From NCBI RefSeq assembly GCF_009914755.1, contig NC_060931.1: DNA of 64,000 bases, one strand, 5' to 3'. The first letter of the stretch is position 1, and each line of letters starts with the position of its first letter. Position numbers and translations under genes: made by a program. The DNA is from the human T2T-CHM13v2.0 reference genome, Homo sapiens. Shown here piece after piece: positions 10,839 through 25,146 of this stretch. The notes beneath the pieces were generated by a model. That model was not told the DNA's origin and did not search any database. It saw only the letters and a list, made by a program, of their open reading frames with translations.

Positions 10839-13800
10839 GTGATGTGTGCCTTCAACTCACAGAGTTTAACCTTTCTTTTCTTAGAGCAGTTTAGAAACAC
10901 TCCGCTTGTTATGTCTGCAAGTGGATATTTGGACCTCTTTGAGGCCTTCGTTGCAAACGGGGTTTCTTCCTTTCATGCTAGACTAAGAAGAGTTCTCAGT
11001 AACTTTTTTGTGTTGTGTGTATTCAACTCACAGAGTTGAACCTTGCTTTAGAGAGAGCAGATTTGAAACACTCTTGCTGTGGCATTTTCAGGTGGAGATT
11101 TCAAGCGATTTGAGGACAATTGCAGAAAAGGAAATATCTTCGTATAATAACCAGACAGAATCATTCTCAGAAAGTGCTTTGTGATGTGTGCGTTCAACTC
11201 ACAGAGTTTAACCTTTCTTTTCATAGAGGAGTTTGGAAACACACTGTTTGTAAAGTCTGCAAGTGGATATATGGACCTGTTTGAGGCCTTCGTTGGAAAC
11301 GGGATTTCTTCATTGAATGCTAGACGGAAGAATTCTCAGTAAATTCTTTGTGTTGTGTGCATTCAACTCACAGAGTGGAACGTCCCTTTAGACAGAGCAG
11401 ATTTGAAACACTCTTTTTGCGGAATTTGCAAGTGGAGATTTCTAGCCATTTGATGCCAACAGTAGAAAGGGAAATATCTTCAAATAAAAACCAGACAGAA
11501 TCATTCTCAGAAAATTCTTTGTGATGTGTGCGTTCAACTCACATAGTTTAACCTTTCTTTTCATAGAGCAGTTTGGAAACACTCTGTTTGTAAAGTCCGC
11601 AAGTGGATATATGGACCGCATTGAGGCCTTCGTTGGAAACGGGATTTCTTCATTTCATGCTAGACAGAAGAATTCTCAGTAACTTCTTTGTGCTGTGTGT
11701 ATTCAACTCACAGAGTGGAACGTCCCTTTGCACAGAGCAGATTTGAAACACTCTTTTTGTGGAGTTTGCAAGTGGAGATTTCAAGCGATTTGATGCCAAC
11801 AGTAGAAAAGGAAATATCTTCAAATAAAAACTAGACAGAATCATTCTCAGAAACTACTTTGTGATGTGTGCCTTCAACTCACAGAGTTCAACCTTTCTTT
11901 TCTTAGAGCAGTTTAGAAACACTCTGCTTGTTATGTCTGCAAGTGGATATTTGGACCTCTTTGAGGCCTTCGTTGCAAACGGGGTTTCTTCCTTTCATGC
12001 TAGACTAAGAAGAGTTCTCAGTAACTTTTTTGTGTTGTGTGTATTCAACTCACAGAGTTGAACCTTGCTTTAGAGAGAGCAGATTTGAAACACTCTTGCT
12101 GTGGCATTTTCAGGTGGAGATTTCAAGCGATTTGAGGACAATTGCAGAAAAGGAAATATCTTCGTATAATAACCAGACAGAATCATTCTCAGAAAGTGCT
12201 TTGTGATGTGTGCGTTCAACTCACAGAGTTTAACCTTTCTTTTCATAGAGGAGTTTGGAAACACACTGTTTGTAAAGTCTGCAAGTGGATACATGGACCT
12301 GTTTGAGGCCTTCGTTGGAAACGGGATTTCTTCATTGAATGCTAGACGGAAGAATTCTCAGTAAATTCTTTGTGTTGTGTGCATTCAACTCACAGAGTGG
12401 AACGTCCCTTTAGACAGAGCAGATTTGAAACACTCTTTTTGCGGAATTTGCAAGTGGAGATTTCTAGCCATTTGATGCCAACAGTAGAAAGGGAAATATC
12501 TTCAAATAAAAACCAGACAGAATCATTCTCAGAAAATTCTTTGTGATGTGTGCGTTCAACTCACATAGTTTAACCTTTCTTTTCATAGAGCAGTTTGGAA
12601 ACACTCTGTTTGTAAAGTCTGCAAGTGGATATATGGACCGCATTGAGGCCTTCGTTGGAAACGGGATTTCTTCATTTCATGCTAGACAGAAGAATTCTCA
12701 GTAACTTCTTTGTGCTGTGTGTATTCAACTCACAGAGTGGAACGTCCCTTTGCACAGAGCAGATTTGAAACACTCTTTTTGTGGAGTTTGCAAGTGGAGA
12801 TTTCAAGCGATTTGATGCCAACAGTAGAAAAGGAAATATCTTCAAATAGAAACTAGACAGAATCATTCTCAGAAACTACTTTGTGATGTGTGCCTTCAAC
12901 TCACAGAGTTTAACCTTTCTTTTCTTAGAGCAGTTTAGAAACACTCTGCTTGTTATGTCTGCAAGTGGATATTTGGACCTCTTTGAGGCCTTCGTTGCAA
13001 ACGGGGTTTCTTCCTTTCATGCTAGACTAAGAAGAGTTCTCAGTAACTTTTTTGTGTTGTGTGTATTCAACTCACAGAGTTGAACCTTGCTTTAGAGAGA
13101 GCAGATTTGAAACACTCTTGCTGTGGCATTTTCAGGTGGAGATTTCAAGCGATTTGAGGACAATTGCAGAAAAGGAAATATCTTCGTATAATAACCAGAC
13201 AGAATCATTCTCAGAAAGTGCTTTGTGATGTGTGCGTTCAACTCACAGAGTTTAACCTTTCTTTTCATAGAGGAGTTTGGAAACACACTGTTTGTAAAGT
13301 CTGCAAGTGGATATATGGACCTGTTTGAGGCCTTCGTTGGAAACGGGATTTCTTCATTGAATGCTAGACGGAAGAATTCTCAGTAAATTCTTTGTGTTGT
13401 GTGCATTCAACTCACAGAGTGGAACGTCCCTTTAGACACAGCAGATTTGAAACACTCTTTTTGCGGAATTTGCAAGTGGAGATTTCTAGCCATTTGATGC
13501 CAACAGTAGAAAGGGAAATATCTTCAAATAAAAACCAGACAGAATCATTCTCAGAAAATTCTTTGTGATGTGTGCGTTCAACTCACATAGTTTAACCTTT
13601 CTTTTCATAGAGCAGTTTGGAAACACTCTGTTTGTAAAGTCTGCAAGTGGATATATGGACCGCATTGAGGCCTTCGTTGGAAACGGGATTTCTTCATTTC
13701 ATGCTAGACAGAAGAATTCTCAGTAACTTCTTTGTGCTGTGTGTATTCAACTCACAGAGTGGAACGTCCCTTTGCACAGAGCAGATTTGAAACACTCTTT

Positions 13801-16800
13801 TTGTGGAGTTTGCAAGTGGAGATTTCAAGCGATTTGATGCCAACAGTAGAAAAGGAAATATCTTCAAATAAAAACTAGACAGAATCATTCTCAGAAACTA
13901 CTTTGTGATGTGTGCCTTCAACTCACAGAGTTCAACCTTTCTTTTCTTAGAGCAGTTTAGAAACACTCTGCTTGTTATGTCTGCAAGTGGATATTTGGAC
14001 CTCTTTGAGGCCTTCGTTGCAAACGGGGTTTCTTCCTTTCATGCTAGACTAAGAAGAGTTCTCAGTAACTTTTTTGTGTTGTGTGTATTCAACTCACAGA
14101 GTTGAACCTTGCTTTAGAGAGAGCAGATTTGAAACACTCTTGCTGTGGCATTTTCAGGTGGAGATTTCAAGCGATTTGAGGACAATTGCAGAAAAGGAAA
14201 TATCTTCGTATAATAACCAGACAGAATCATTCTCAGAAAGTGCTTTGTGATGTGTGCGTTCAACTCACAGAGTTTAACCTTTCTTTTCATAGAGGAGTTT
14301 GGAAACACACTGTTTGTAAAGTCTGCAAGTGGATACATGGACCTGTTTGAGGCCTTCGTTGGAAACGGGATTTCTTCATTGAATGCTAGACGGAAGAATT
14401 CTCAGTAAATTCTTTGTGTTGTGTGCATTCAACTCACAGAGTGGAACGTCCCTTTAGACAGAGCAGATTTGAAACACTCTTTTTGCGGAATTTGCAAGTG
14501 GAGATTTCTAGCCATTTGATGCCAACAGTAGAAAGGGAAATATCTTCAAATAAAAACCAGACAGAATCATTCTCAGAAAATTCTTTGTGATGTGTGCGTT
14601 CAACTCACATAGTTTAACCTTTCTTTTCATAGAGCAGTTTGGAAACACTCTGTTTGTAAAGTCTGCAAGTGGATATATGGACCGCATTGAGGCCTTCGTT
14701 GGAAACGGGATTTCTTCATTTCATGCTAGACAGAAGAATTCTCAGTAACTTCTTTGTGCTGTGTGTATTCAACTCACAGAGTGGAACGTCCCTTTGCACA
14801 GAGCAGATTTGAAACACTCTTTTTGTGGAGTTTGCAAGTGGAGATTTCAAGCGATTTGATGCCAACAGTAGAAAAGGAAATATCTTCAAATAAAAACTAG
14901 ACAGAATCATTCTCAGAAACTACTTTGTGATGTGTGCCTTCAACTCACAGAGTTTAACCTTTCTTTTCTTAGAGCAGTTTAGAAACACTCTGCTTGTTAT
15001 GTCTGCAAGTGGATATTTGGACCTCTTTGAGGCCTTCGTTGCAAACGGGTTTTCTTCCTTTCATGCTAGACTAAGAAGAGTTCTCAGTAACTTTTTTGTG
15101 TTGTGTGTATTCAACTCACAGAGTTGAACCTTGCTTTAGAGAGAGCAGATTTGAAACACTCTTGCTGTGGCATTTTCAGGTGGAGATTTCAAGCGATTTG
15201 AGGACAATTGCAGAAAAGGAAATATCTTCGTATAATAACCAGACAGAATCATTCTCAGAAAGTGCTTTGTGATGTGTGCGTTCAACTCACAGAGTTTAAC
15301 CTTTCTTTTCATAGAGGAGTTTGGAAACACACTGTTTGTAAAGTCTGCAAGTGGATACATGGACCTGTTTGAGGCCTTCGTTGGAAACGGGATTTCTTCA
15401 TTGAATGCTAGACGGAAGAATTCTCAGTAAATTCTTTGTGTTGTGTGCATTCAACTCACAGAGTGGAACGTCCCTTTAGACAGAGCAGATTTGAAACACT
15501 CTTTTTGCGGAATTTGCAAGTGGAGATTTCTAGCCATTTGATGCCAACAGTAGAAAGGGAAATATCTTCAAATAAAAACCAGACAGAATCATTCTCAGAA
15601 AATTCTTTGTGATGTGTGCGTTCAACTCACATAGTTTAACCTTTCTTTTCATAGAGCAGTTTGGAAACACTCTGTTTGTAAAGTCTGCAAGTGGATATAT
15701 GGACCGCATTGAGGCCTTCGTTGGAAACGGGATTTCTTCATTTCATGCTAGACAGAAGAATTCTCAGTAACTTCTTTGTGCTGTGTGTATTCAACTCACA
15801 GAGTGGAACGTCCCTTTGCACAGAGCAGATTTGAAACACTCTTTTTGTGGAGTTTGCAAGTGGAGATTTCAAGCGATTTGATGCCAACAGTAGAAAAGGA
15901 AATATCTTCAAATAAAAACTAGACAGAATCATTCTCAGAAACTACTTTGTGATGTGTGCCTTCAACTCACAGAGTTTAACCTTTCTTTTCTTAGAGCAGT
16001 TTAGAAACACTCTGCTTGTTATGTCTGCAAGTGGATATTTGGACCTCTTTGAGGCCTTCGTTGCAAACGGGTTTTCTTCCTTTCATGCTAGACTAAGAAG
16101 AGTTCTCAGTAACTTTTTTGTGTTGTGGGTATTCAACTCACAGAGTTGAACCTTGCTTTAGAGAGAGCAGATTTGAAACACTGTTGCTGTTGCATTTTCA
16201 GCTGGAGATTTCAAGCGATTTGAGGACAATTGCAGAAAAGGAAATATCTTCGTATAATAACCAGACAGAATCATTCTCAGAAAGTGCTTTGTGATGTGTG
16301 CGTTCAACTCACAGAGTTTAACCTTTCTTTTCATAGAGGAGTTTGGAAACACACTGTTTGTAAAGACTGCAAGTGGATACATGGACCTGTTTGAGGCCTT
16401 CGTTGGAAACGGGATTTCTTCATTGAATGCTAGACGGAAGAATTCTCAGTAAATTCTTTGTGTTGTGTGCATTCAACTCACAGAGTGGAACGTCCCTTTA
16501 GACAGAGCAGATTTGAAACACTCTTTTTGCGGAATTTGCAAGTGGAGATTTCTAGCCATTTGATGCCAACAGTAGAAAGGGAAATATCTTCAAATAAAAA
16601 CCAGACAGAATCATTCTCAGAAAATTCTTTGTGATGTGTGCGTTCAACTCACATAGTTTAACCTTTCTTTTCATAGAGCAGTTTGGAAACACTCTGTTTG
16701 TAAAGTCTGCAAGTGGATATATGGACCGCATTGAGGCCTTCGTTGGAAACGGGATTTCTTCATTTCATGCTAGACAGAAGAATTCTCAGTAACTTCTTTG

Positions 16801-19800
16801 TGCTGTGTGTATTCAACTCACAGAGTGGAACGTCCCTTTGCACAGAGCAGATTTGAAACACTCTTTTTGTGGAGTTTGCAAGTGGAGATTTCAAGCGATT
16901 TGATGCCAACAGTAGAAAAGGAAATATCTTCAAATAAAAACTAGACAGAATCATTCTCAGAAACTACTTTGTGATGTGTGCCTTCAACTCACAGAGTTTA
17001 ACCTTTCTTTTCTTAGAGCAGTTTAGAAACACTCCGCTTGTTATGTCTGCAAGTGGATATTTGGACCTCTTTGAGGCCTTCGTTGCAAACGGGGTTTCTT
17101 CCTTTCATGCTAGACTAAGAAGAGTTCTCAGTAACTTTTTTGTGTTGTGTGTATTCAACTCACAGAGTTGAACCTTGCTTTAGAGAGAGCAGATTTGAAA
17201 CACTCTTGCTGTGGCATTTTCAGGTGGAGATTTCAAGCGATTTGAGGACAATTGCAGAAAAGGAAATATCTTCGTATAATAACCAGACAGAATCATTCTC
17301 AGAAAGTGCTTTGTGATGTGTGCGTTCAACTCACAGAGTTTAACCTTTCTTTTCATAGAGGAGTTTGGAAACACACTGTTTGTAAAGTCTGCAAGTGGAT
17401 ATATGGACCTGTTTGAGGCCTTCGTTGGAAACGGGATTTCTTCATTGAATGCTAGACGGAAGAATTCTCAGTAAATTCTTTGTGTTGTGTGCATTCAACT
17501 CACAGAGTGGAACGTCCCTTTAGACAGAGCAGATTTGAAACACTCTTTTTGCGGAATTTGCAAGTGGAGATTTCTAGCCATTTGATGCCAACAGTAGAAA
17601 GGGAAATATCTTCAAATAAAAACCAGACAGAATCATTCTCAGAAAATTCTTTGTGATGTGTGCGTTCAACTCACATAGTTTAACCTTTCTTTTCATAGAG
17701 CAGTTTGGAAACACTCTGTTTGTAAAGTCCGCAAGTGGATATATGGACCGCATTGAGGCCTTCGTTGGAAACGGGATTTCTTCATTTCATGCTAGACAGA
17801 AGAATTCTCAGTAACTTCTTTGTGCTGTGTGTATTCAACTCACAGAGTGGAACGTCCCTTTGCACAGAGCAGATTTGAAACACTCTTTTTGTGGAGTTTG
17901 CAAGTGGAGATTTCAAGCGATTTGATGCCAACAGTAGAAAAGGAAATATCTTCAAATAAAAACTAGACAGAATCATTCTCAGAAACTACTTTGTGATGTG
18001 TGCCTTCAACTCACAGAGTTCAACCTTTCTTTTCTTAGAGCAGTTTAGAAACACTCTGCTTGTTATGTCTGCAAGTGGATATTTGGACCTCTTTGAGGCC
18101 TTCGTTGCAAACGGGGTTTCTTCCTTTCATGCTAGACTAAGAAGAGTTCTCAGTAACTTTTTTGTGTTGTGTGTATTCAACTCACAGAGTTGAACCTTGC
18201 TTTAGAGAGAGCAGATTTGAAACACTCTTGCTGTGGCATTTTCAGGTGGAGATTTCAAGCGATTTGAGGACAATTGCAGAAAAGGAAATATCTTCGTATA
18301 ATAACCAGACAGAATCATTCTCAGAAAGTGCTTTGTGATGTGTGCGTTCAACTCACAGAGTTTAACCTTTCTTTTCATAGAGGAGTTTGGAAACACACTG
18401 TTTGTAAAGTCTGCAAGTGGATACATGGACCTGTTTGAGGCCTTCGTTGGAAACGGGATTTCTTCATTGAATGCTAGACGGAAGAATTCTCAGTAAATTC
18501 TTTGTGTTGTGTGCATTCAACTCACAGAGTGGAACGTCCCTTTAGACAGAGCAGATTTGAAACACTCTTTTTGCGGAATTTGCAAGTGGAGATTTCTAGC
18601 CATTTGATGCCAACAGTAGAAAGGGAAATATCTTCAAATAAAAACCAGACAGAATCATTCTCAGAAAATTCTTTGTGATGTGTGCGTTCAACTCACATAG
18701 TTTAACCTTTCTTTTCATAGAGCAGTTTGGAAACACTCTGTTTGTAAAGTCTGCAAGTGGATATATGGACCGCATTGAGGCCTTCGTTGGAAACGGGATT
18801 TCTTCATTTCATGCTAGACAGAAGAATTCTCAGTAACTTCTTTGTTCTGTGTGTATTCAACTCACAGAGTGGAACGTCCCTTTGCACAGAGCAGATTTGA
18901 AACACTCTTTTTGTGGAGTTTGCAAGTGGAGATTTCAAGCGATTTGATGCCAACAGTAGAAAAGGAAATATCTTCAAATAGAAACTAGACAGAATCATTC
19001 TCAGAAACTACTTTGTGATGTGTGCCTTCAACTCACAGAGTTTAACCTTTCTTTTCTTAGAGCAGTTTAGAAACACTCTGCTTGTTATGTCTGCAAGTGG
19101 ATATTTGGACCTCTTTGAGGCCTTCGTTGCAAACGGGGTTTCTTCCTTTCATGCTAGACTAAGAAGAGTTCTCAGTAACTTTTTTGTGTTGTGTGTATTC
19201 AACTCACAGAGTTGAACCTTGCTTTAGAGAGAGCAGATTTGAAACACTCTTGCTGTGGCATTTTCAGGTGGAGATTTCAAGCGATTTGAGGACAATTGCA
19301 GAAAAGGAAATATCTTCGTATAATAACCAGACAGAATCATTCTCAGAAAGTGCTTTGTGATGTGTGCGTTCAACTCACAGAGTTTAACCTTTCTTTTCAT
19401 AGAGGAGTTTGGAAACACACTGTTTGTAAAGTCTGCAAGTGGATATATGGACCTGTTTGAGGCCTTCGTTGGAAACGGGATTTCTTCATTGAATGCTAGA
19501 CGGAAGAATTCTCAGTAAATTCTTTGTGTTGTGTGCATTCAACTCACAGAGTGGAACGTCCCTTTAGACACAGCAGATTTGAAACACTCTTTTTGCGGAA
19601 TTTGCAAGTGGAGATTTCTAGCCATTTGATGCCAACAGTAGAAAGGGAAATATCTTCAAATAAAAACCAGACAGAATCATTCTCAGAAAATTCTTTGTGA
19701 TGTGTGCGTTCAACTCACATAGTTTAACCTTTCTTTTCATAGAGCAGTTTGGAAACACTCTGTTTGTAAAGTCTGCAAGTGGATATATGGACCGCATTGA

Positions 19801-22800
19801 GGCCTTCGTTGGAAACGGGATTTCTTCATTTCATGCTAGACAGAAGAATTCTCAGTAACTTCTTTGTGCTGTGTGTATTCAACTCACAGAGTGGAACGTC
19901 CCTTTGCACAGAGCAGATTTGAAACACTCTTTTTGTGGAGTTTGCAAGTGGAGATTTCAAGCGATTTGATGCCAACAGTAGAAAAGGAAATATCTTCAAA
20001 TAAAAACTAGACAGAATCATTCTCAGAAACTACTTTGTGATGTGTGCCTTCAACTCACAGAGTTCAACCTTTCTTTTCTTAGAGCAGTTTAGAAACACTC
20101 TGCTTGTTATGTCTGCAAGTGGATATTTGGACCTCTTTGAGGCCTTCGTTGCAAACGGGGTTTCTTCCTTTCATGCTAGACTAAGAAGAGTTCTCAGTAA
20201 CTTTTTTGTGTTGTGTGTATTCAACTCACAGAGTTGAACCTTGCTTTAGAGAGAGCAGATTTGAAACACTCTTGCTGTGGCATTTTCAGGTGGAGATTTC
20301 AAGCGATTTGAGGACAATTGCAGAAAAGGAAATATCTTCGTATAATAACCAGACAGAATCATTCTCAGAAAGTGCTTTGTGATGTGTGCGTTCAACTCAC
20401 AGAGTTTAACCTTTCTTTTCATAGAGGAGTTTGGAAACACACTGTTTGTAAAGTCTGCAAGTGGATACATGGACCTGTTTGAGGCCTTCGTTGGAAACGG
20501 GATTTCTTCATTGAATGCTAGACGGAAGAATTCTCAGTAAATTCTTTGTGTTGTGTGCATTCAACTCACAGAGTGGAACGTCCCTTTAGACAGAGCAGAT
20601 TTGAAACACTCTTTTTGCGGAATTTGCAAGTGGAGATTTCTAGCCATTTGATGCCAACAGTAGAAAGGGAAATATCTTCAAATAAAAACCAGACAGAATC
20701 ATTCTCAGAAAATTCTTTGTGATGTGTGCGTTCAACTCACATAGTTTAACCTTTCTTTTCATAGAGCAGTTTGGAAACACTCTGTTTGTAAAGTCTGCAA
20801 GTGGATATATGGACCGCATTGAGGCCTTCGTTGGAAACGGGATTTCTTCATTTCATGCTAGACAGAAGAATTCTCAGTAACTTCTTTGTGCCGTGTGTAT
20901 TCAACTCACAGAGTGGAACGTCCCTTTGCACAGAGCAGATTTGAAACACTCTTTTTGTGGAGTTTGCAAGTGGAGATTTCAAGCGATTTGATGCCAACAG
21001 TAGAAAAGGAAATATCTTCAAATAAAAACTAGACAGAATCATTCTCAGAAACTACTTTGTGATGTGTGCCTTCAACTCACAGAGTTCAACCTTTCTTTTC
21101 TTAGAGCAGTTTAGAAACACTCTGCTTGTTATGTCTGCAAGTGGATATTTGGACCTCTTTGAGGCCTTCGTTGCAAACGGGGTTTCTTCCTTTCATGCTA
21201 GACTAAGAAGAGTTCTCAGTAACTTTTTTGTGTTGTGTGTATTCAACTCACAGAGTTGAACCTTGCTTTAGAGAGAGCAGATTTGAAACACTCTTGCTGT
21301 GGCATTTTCAGGTGGAGATTTCAAGCGATTTGAGGACAATTGCAGAAAAGGAAATATCTTCGTATAATAACCAGACAGAATCATTCTCAGAAAGTGCTTT
21401 GTGATGTGTGCGTTCAACTCACAGAGTTTAACCTTTCTTTTCATAGAGGAGTTTGGAAACACACTGTTTGTAAAGTCTGCAAGTGGATACATGGACCTGT
21501 TTGAGGCCTTCGTTGGAAACGGGATTTCTTCATTGAATGCTAGACGGAAGAATTCTCAGTAAATTCTTTGTGTTGTGTGCATTCAACTCACAGAGTGGAA
21601 CGTCCCTTTAGACACAGCAGATTTGAAACACTCTTTTTGCGGAATTTGCAAGTGGAGATTTCTAGCCATTTGATGCCAACAGTAGAAAGGGAAATATCTT
21701 CAAATAAAAACCAGACAGAATCATTCTCAGCAAATTCTTTGTGATGTGTGTGTTCAACTCACATAGTTTAACCTTTCTTTTCATAGAGCAGTTTGGAAAC
21801 ACTCTGTTTGTAAAGTCTGCAAGTGGATATATGGACCGCATTGAGGCCTTCGTTGGAAACGGGATTTCTTCATTTCATGCTAGACAGAAGAATTCTCAGT
21901 AACTTCTTTGTGCTGTGTGTATTCAACTCACAGAGTGGAACGTCCCTTTGCACAGAGCAGATTTGAAACACTCTTTTTGTGGAGTTTGCAAGTGGAGATT
22001 TCAAGCGATTTGATGCCAACAGTAGAAAAGGAAATATCTTCAAATAAAAACTAGACAGAATCATTCTCAGAAACTACTTTGTGATGTGTGCCTTCAACTC
22101 ACAGAGTTCAACCTTTCTTTTCTTAGAGCAGTTTAGAAACACTCTGCTTGTTATGTCTGCAAGTGGATATTTGGACCTCTTTGAGGCCTTCGTTGCAAAC
22201 GGGGTTTCTTCCTTTCATGCTAGACTAAGAAGAGTTCTCAGTAACTTTTTTGTGTTGTGTGTATTCAACTCACAGAGTTGAACCTTGCTTTAGAGAGAGC
22301 AGATTTGAAACACTCTTGCTGTGGCATTTTCAGGTGGAGATTTCAAGCGATTTGAGGACAATTGCAGAAAAGGAAATATCTTCGTATAATAACCAGACAG
22401 AATCATTCTCAGAAAGTGCTTTGTGATGTGTGCGTTCAACTCACAGAGTTTAACCTTTCTTTTCATAGAGGAGTTTGGAAACACACTGTTTGTAAAGTCT
22501 GCAAGTGGATACATGGACCTGTTTGAGGCCTTCGTTGGAAACGGGATTTCTTCATTGAATGCTAGACGGAAGAATTCTCAGTAAATTCTTTGTGTTGTGT
22601 GCATTCAACTCACAGAGTGGAACGTCCCTTTAGACAGAGCAGATTTGAAACACTCTTTTTGCGGAATTTGCAAGTGGAGATTTCTAGCCATTTGATGCCA
22701 ACAGTAGAAAGGGAAATATCTTCAAATAAAAACCAGACAGAATCATTCTCAGAAAATTCTTTGTGATGTGTGCGTTCAACTCACATAGTTTAACCTTGAT

Positions 22801-25146
22801 TTTCATAGAGCAGTTTGGAAACACTCTGTTTGTAAAGTCTGCAAGTGGATATATGGACCGCATTGAGGCCTTCGTTGGAAACGGGATTTCTTCATTTCAT
22901 GCTAGACAGAAGAATTCTCAGTAACTTCTTTGTGCTGTGTGTATTCAACTCACAGAGTGGAACGTCCCTTTGCACAGAGCAGATTTGAAACACTCTTTTT
23001 GTGGAGTTTGCAAGTGGAGATTTCAAGCGATTTGATGCCAACAGTAGAAAAGGAAATATCTTCAAATAAAAACTAGACAGAATCATTCTCAGAAACTACT
23101 TTGTGATGTGTGCCTTCAACTCACAGAGTTTAACCTTTCTTTTCTTAGAGCAGTTTAGAAACACTCTGCTTGTTATGTCTGCAAGTGGATATTTGGACCT
23201 CTTTGAGGCCTTCGTTGCAAACGGGTTTTCTTCCTTTCATGCTAGACTAAGAAGAGTTCTCAGTAACTTTTTTGTGTTGTGTGTATTCAACTCACAGAAT
23301 TGAACCTTGCTTTAGAGAGAGCAGATTTGAAACACTCTTGCTGTGGCATTTTCAGGTGGAGATTTCAAGCGATTTGAGGACAATTGCAGAAAAGGAAATA
23401 TCTTCGTATAATAACCAGACAGAATCATTCTCAGAAAGTGCTTTGTGATGTGTGCGTTCAACTCACAGAGTTTAACCTTTCTTTTCATAGAGGAGTTTGG
23501 AAACACACTGTTTGTAAAGTCTGCAAGTGGATACATGGACCTGTTTGAGGCCTTCGTTGGAAACGGGATTTCTTCATTGAATGCTAGACGGAAGAATTCT
23601 CAGTAAATTCTTTGTGTTGTGTGCATTCAACTCACAGAGTGGAACGTCCCTTTAGACAGAGCAGATTTGAAACACTCTTTTTGCGGAATTTGCAAGTGGA
23701 GATTTCTAGCCATTTGATGCCAACAGTAGAAAGGGAAATATCTTCAAATAAAAACCAGACAGAATCATTCTCAGAAAATTCTTTGTGATGTGTGCGTTCA
23801 ACTCACATAGTTTAACCTTTCTTTTCATAGAGCAGTTTGGAAACACTCTGTTTGTAAAGTCTGCAAGTGGATATATGGACCGCATTGAGGCCTTCGTTGG
23901 AAACGGGATTTCTTCATTTCATGCTAGACAGAAGAATTCTCAGTAACTTCTTTGTGCTGTGTGTATTCAACTCACAGAGTGGAACGTCCCTTTGCACAGA
24001 GCAGATTTGAAACACTCTTTTTGTGGAGTTTGCAAGTGGAGATTTCAAGCGATTTGATGCCAACAGTAGAAAAGGAAATATCTTCAAATAAAAACTAGAC
24101 AGAATCATTCTCAGAAACTACTTTGTGATGTGTGCCTTCAACTCACAGAGTTTAACCTTTCTTTTCTTAGAGCAGTTTAGAAACACTCTGCTTGTTATGT
24201 CTGCAAGTGGATATTTGGACCTCTTTGAGGCCTTCGTTGCAAACGGGTTTTCTTCCTTTCATGCTAGACTAAGAAGAGTTCTCAGTAACTTTTTTGTGTT
24301 GTGGGTATTCAACTCACAGAGTTGAACCTTGCTTTAGAGAGAGCAGATTTGAAACACTGTTGCTGTTGCATTTTCAGCTGGAGATTTCAAGCGATTTGAG
24401 GACAATTGCAGAAAAGGAAATATCTTCGTATAATAACCAGACAGAATCATTCTCAGAAAGTGCTTTGTGATGTGTGCGTTCAACTCACAGAGTTTAACCT
24501 TTCTTTTCATAGAGGAGTTTGGAAACACACTGTTTGTAAAGACTGCAAGTGGATACATGGACCTGTTTGAGGCCTTCGTTGGAAACGGGATTTCTTCATT
24601 GAATGCTAGACGGAAGAATTCTCAGTAAATTCTTTGTGTTGTGTGCATTCAACTCACAGAGTGGAACGTCCCTTTAGACAGAGCAGATTTGAAACACTCT
24701 TTTTGCGGAATTTGCAAGTGGAGATTTCTAGCCATTTGATGCCAACAGTAGAAAGGGAAATATCTTCAAATAAAAACCAGACAGAATCATTCTCAGAAAA
24801 TTCTTTGTGATGTGTGCGTTCAACTCACATAGTTTAACCTTTCTTTTCATAGAGCAGTTTGGAAACACTCTGTTTGTAAAGTCTGCAAGTGGATATATGG
24901 ACCGCATTGAGGCCTTCGTTGGAAACGGGATTTCTTCATTTCATGCTAGACAGAAGAATTCTCAGTAACTTCTTTGTGCTGTGTGTATTCAACTCACAGA
25001 GTGGAACGTCCCTTTGCACAGAGCAGATTTGAAACACTCTTTTTGTGGAGTTTGCAAGTGGAGATTTCAAGCGATTTGATGCCAACAGTAGAAAAGGAAA
25101 TATCTTCAAATAAAAACTAGACAGAATCATTCTCAGAAACTACTTT
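10839..25146 (+). repeat. Imperfect tandem duplication of a 6-HOR block (10839-16970) into an 8-HOR block (16971-25146)
   Basis: Shared ordered markers: 10903/17035 and 12849/18981 (offset 6132), then the SNV cluster at 16072-16366 and 24248-24542 (offset 8176). Confidence 0.75.
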
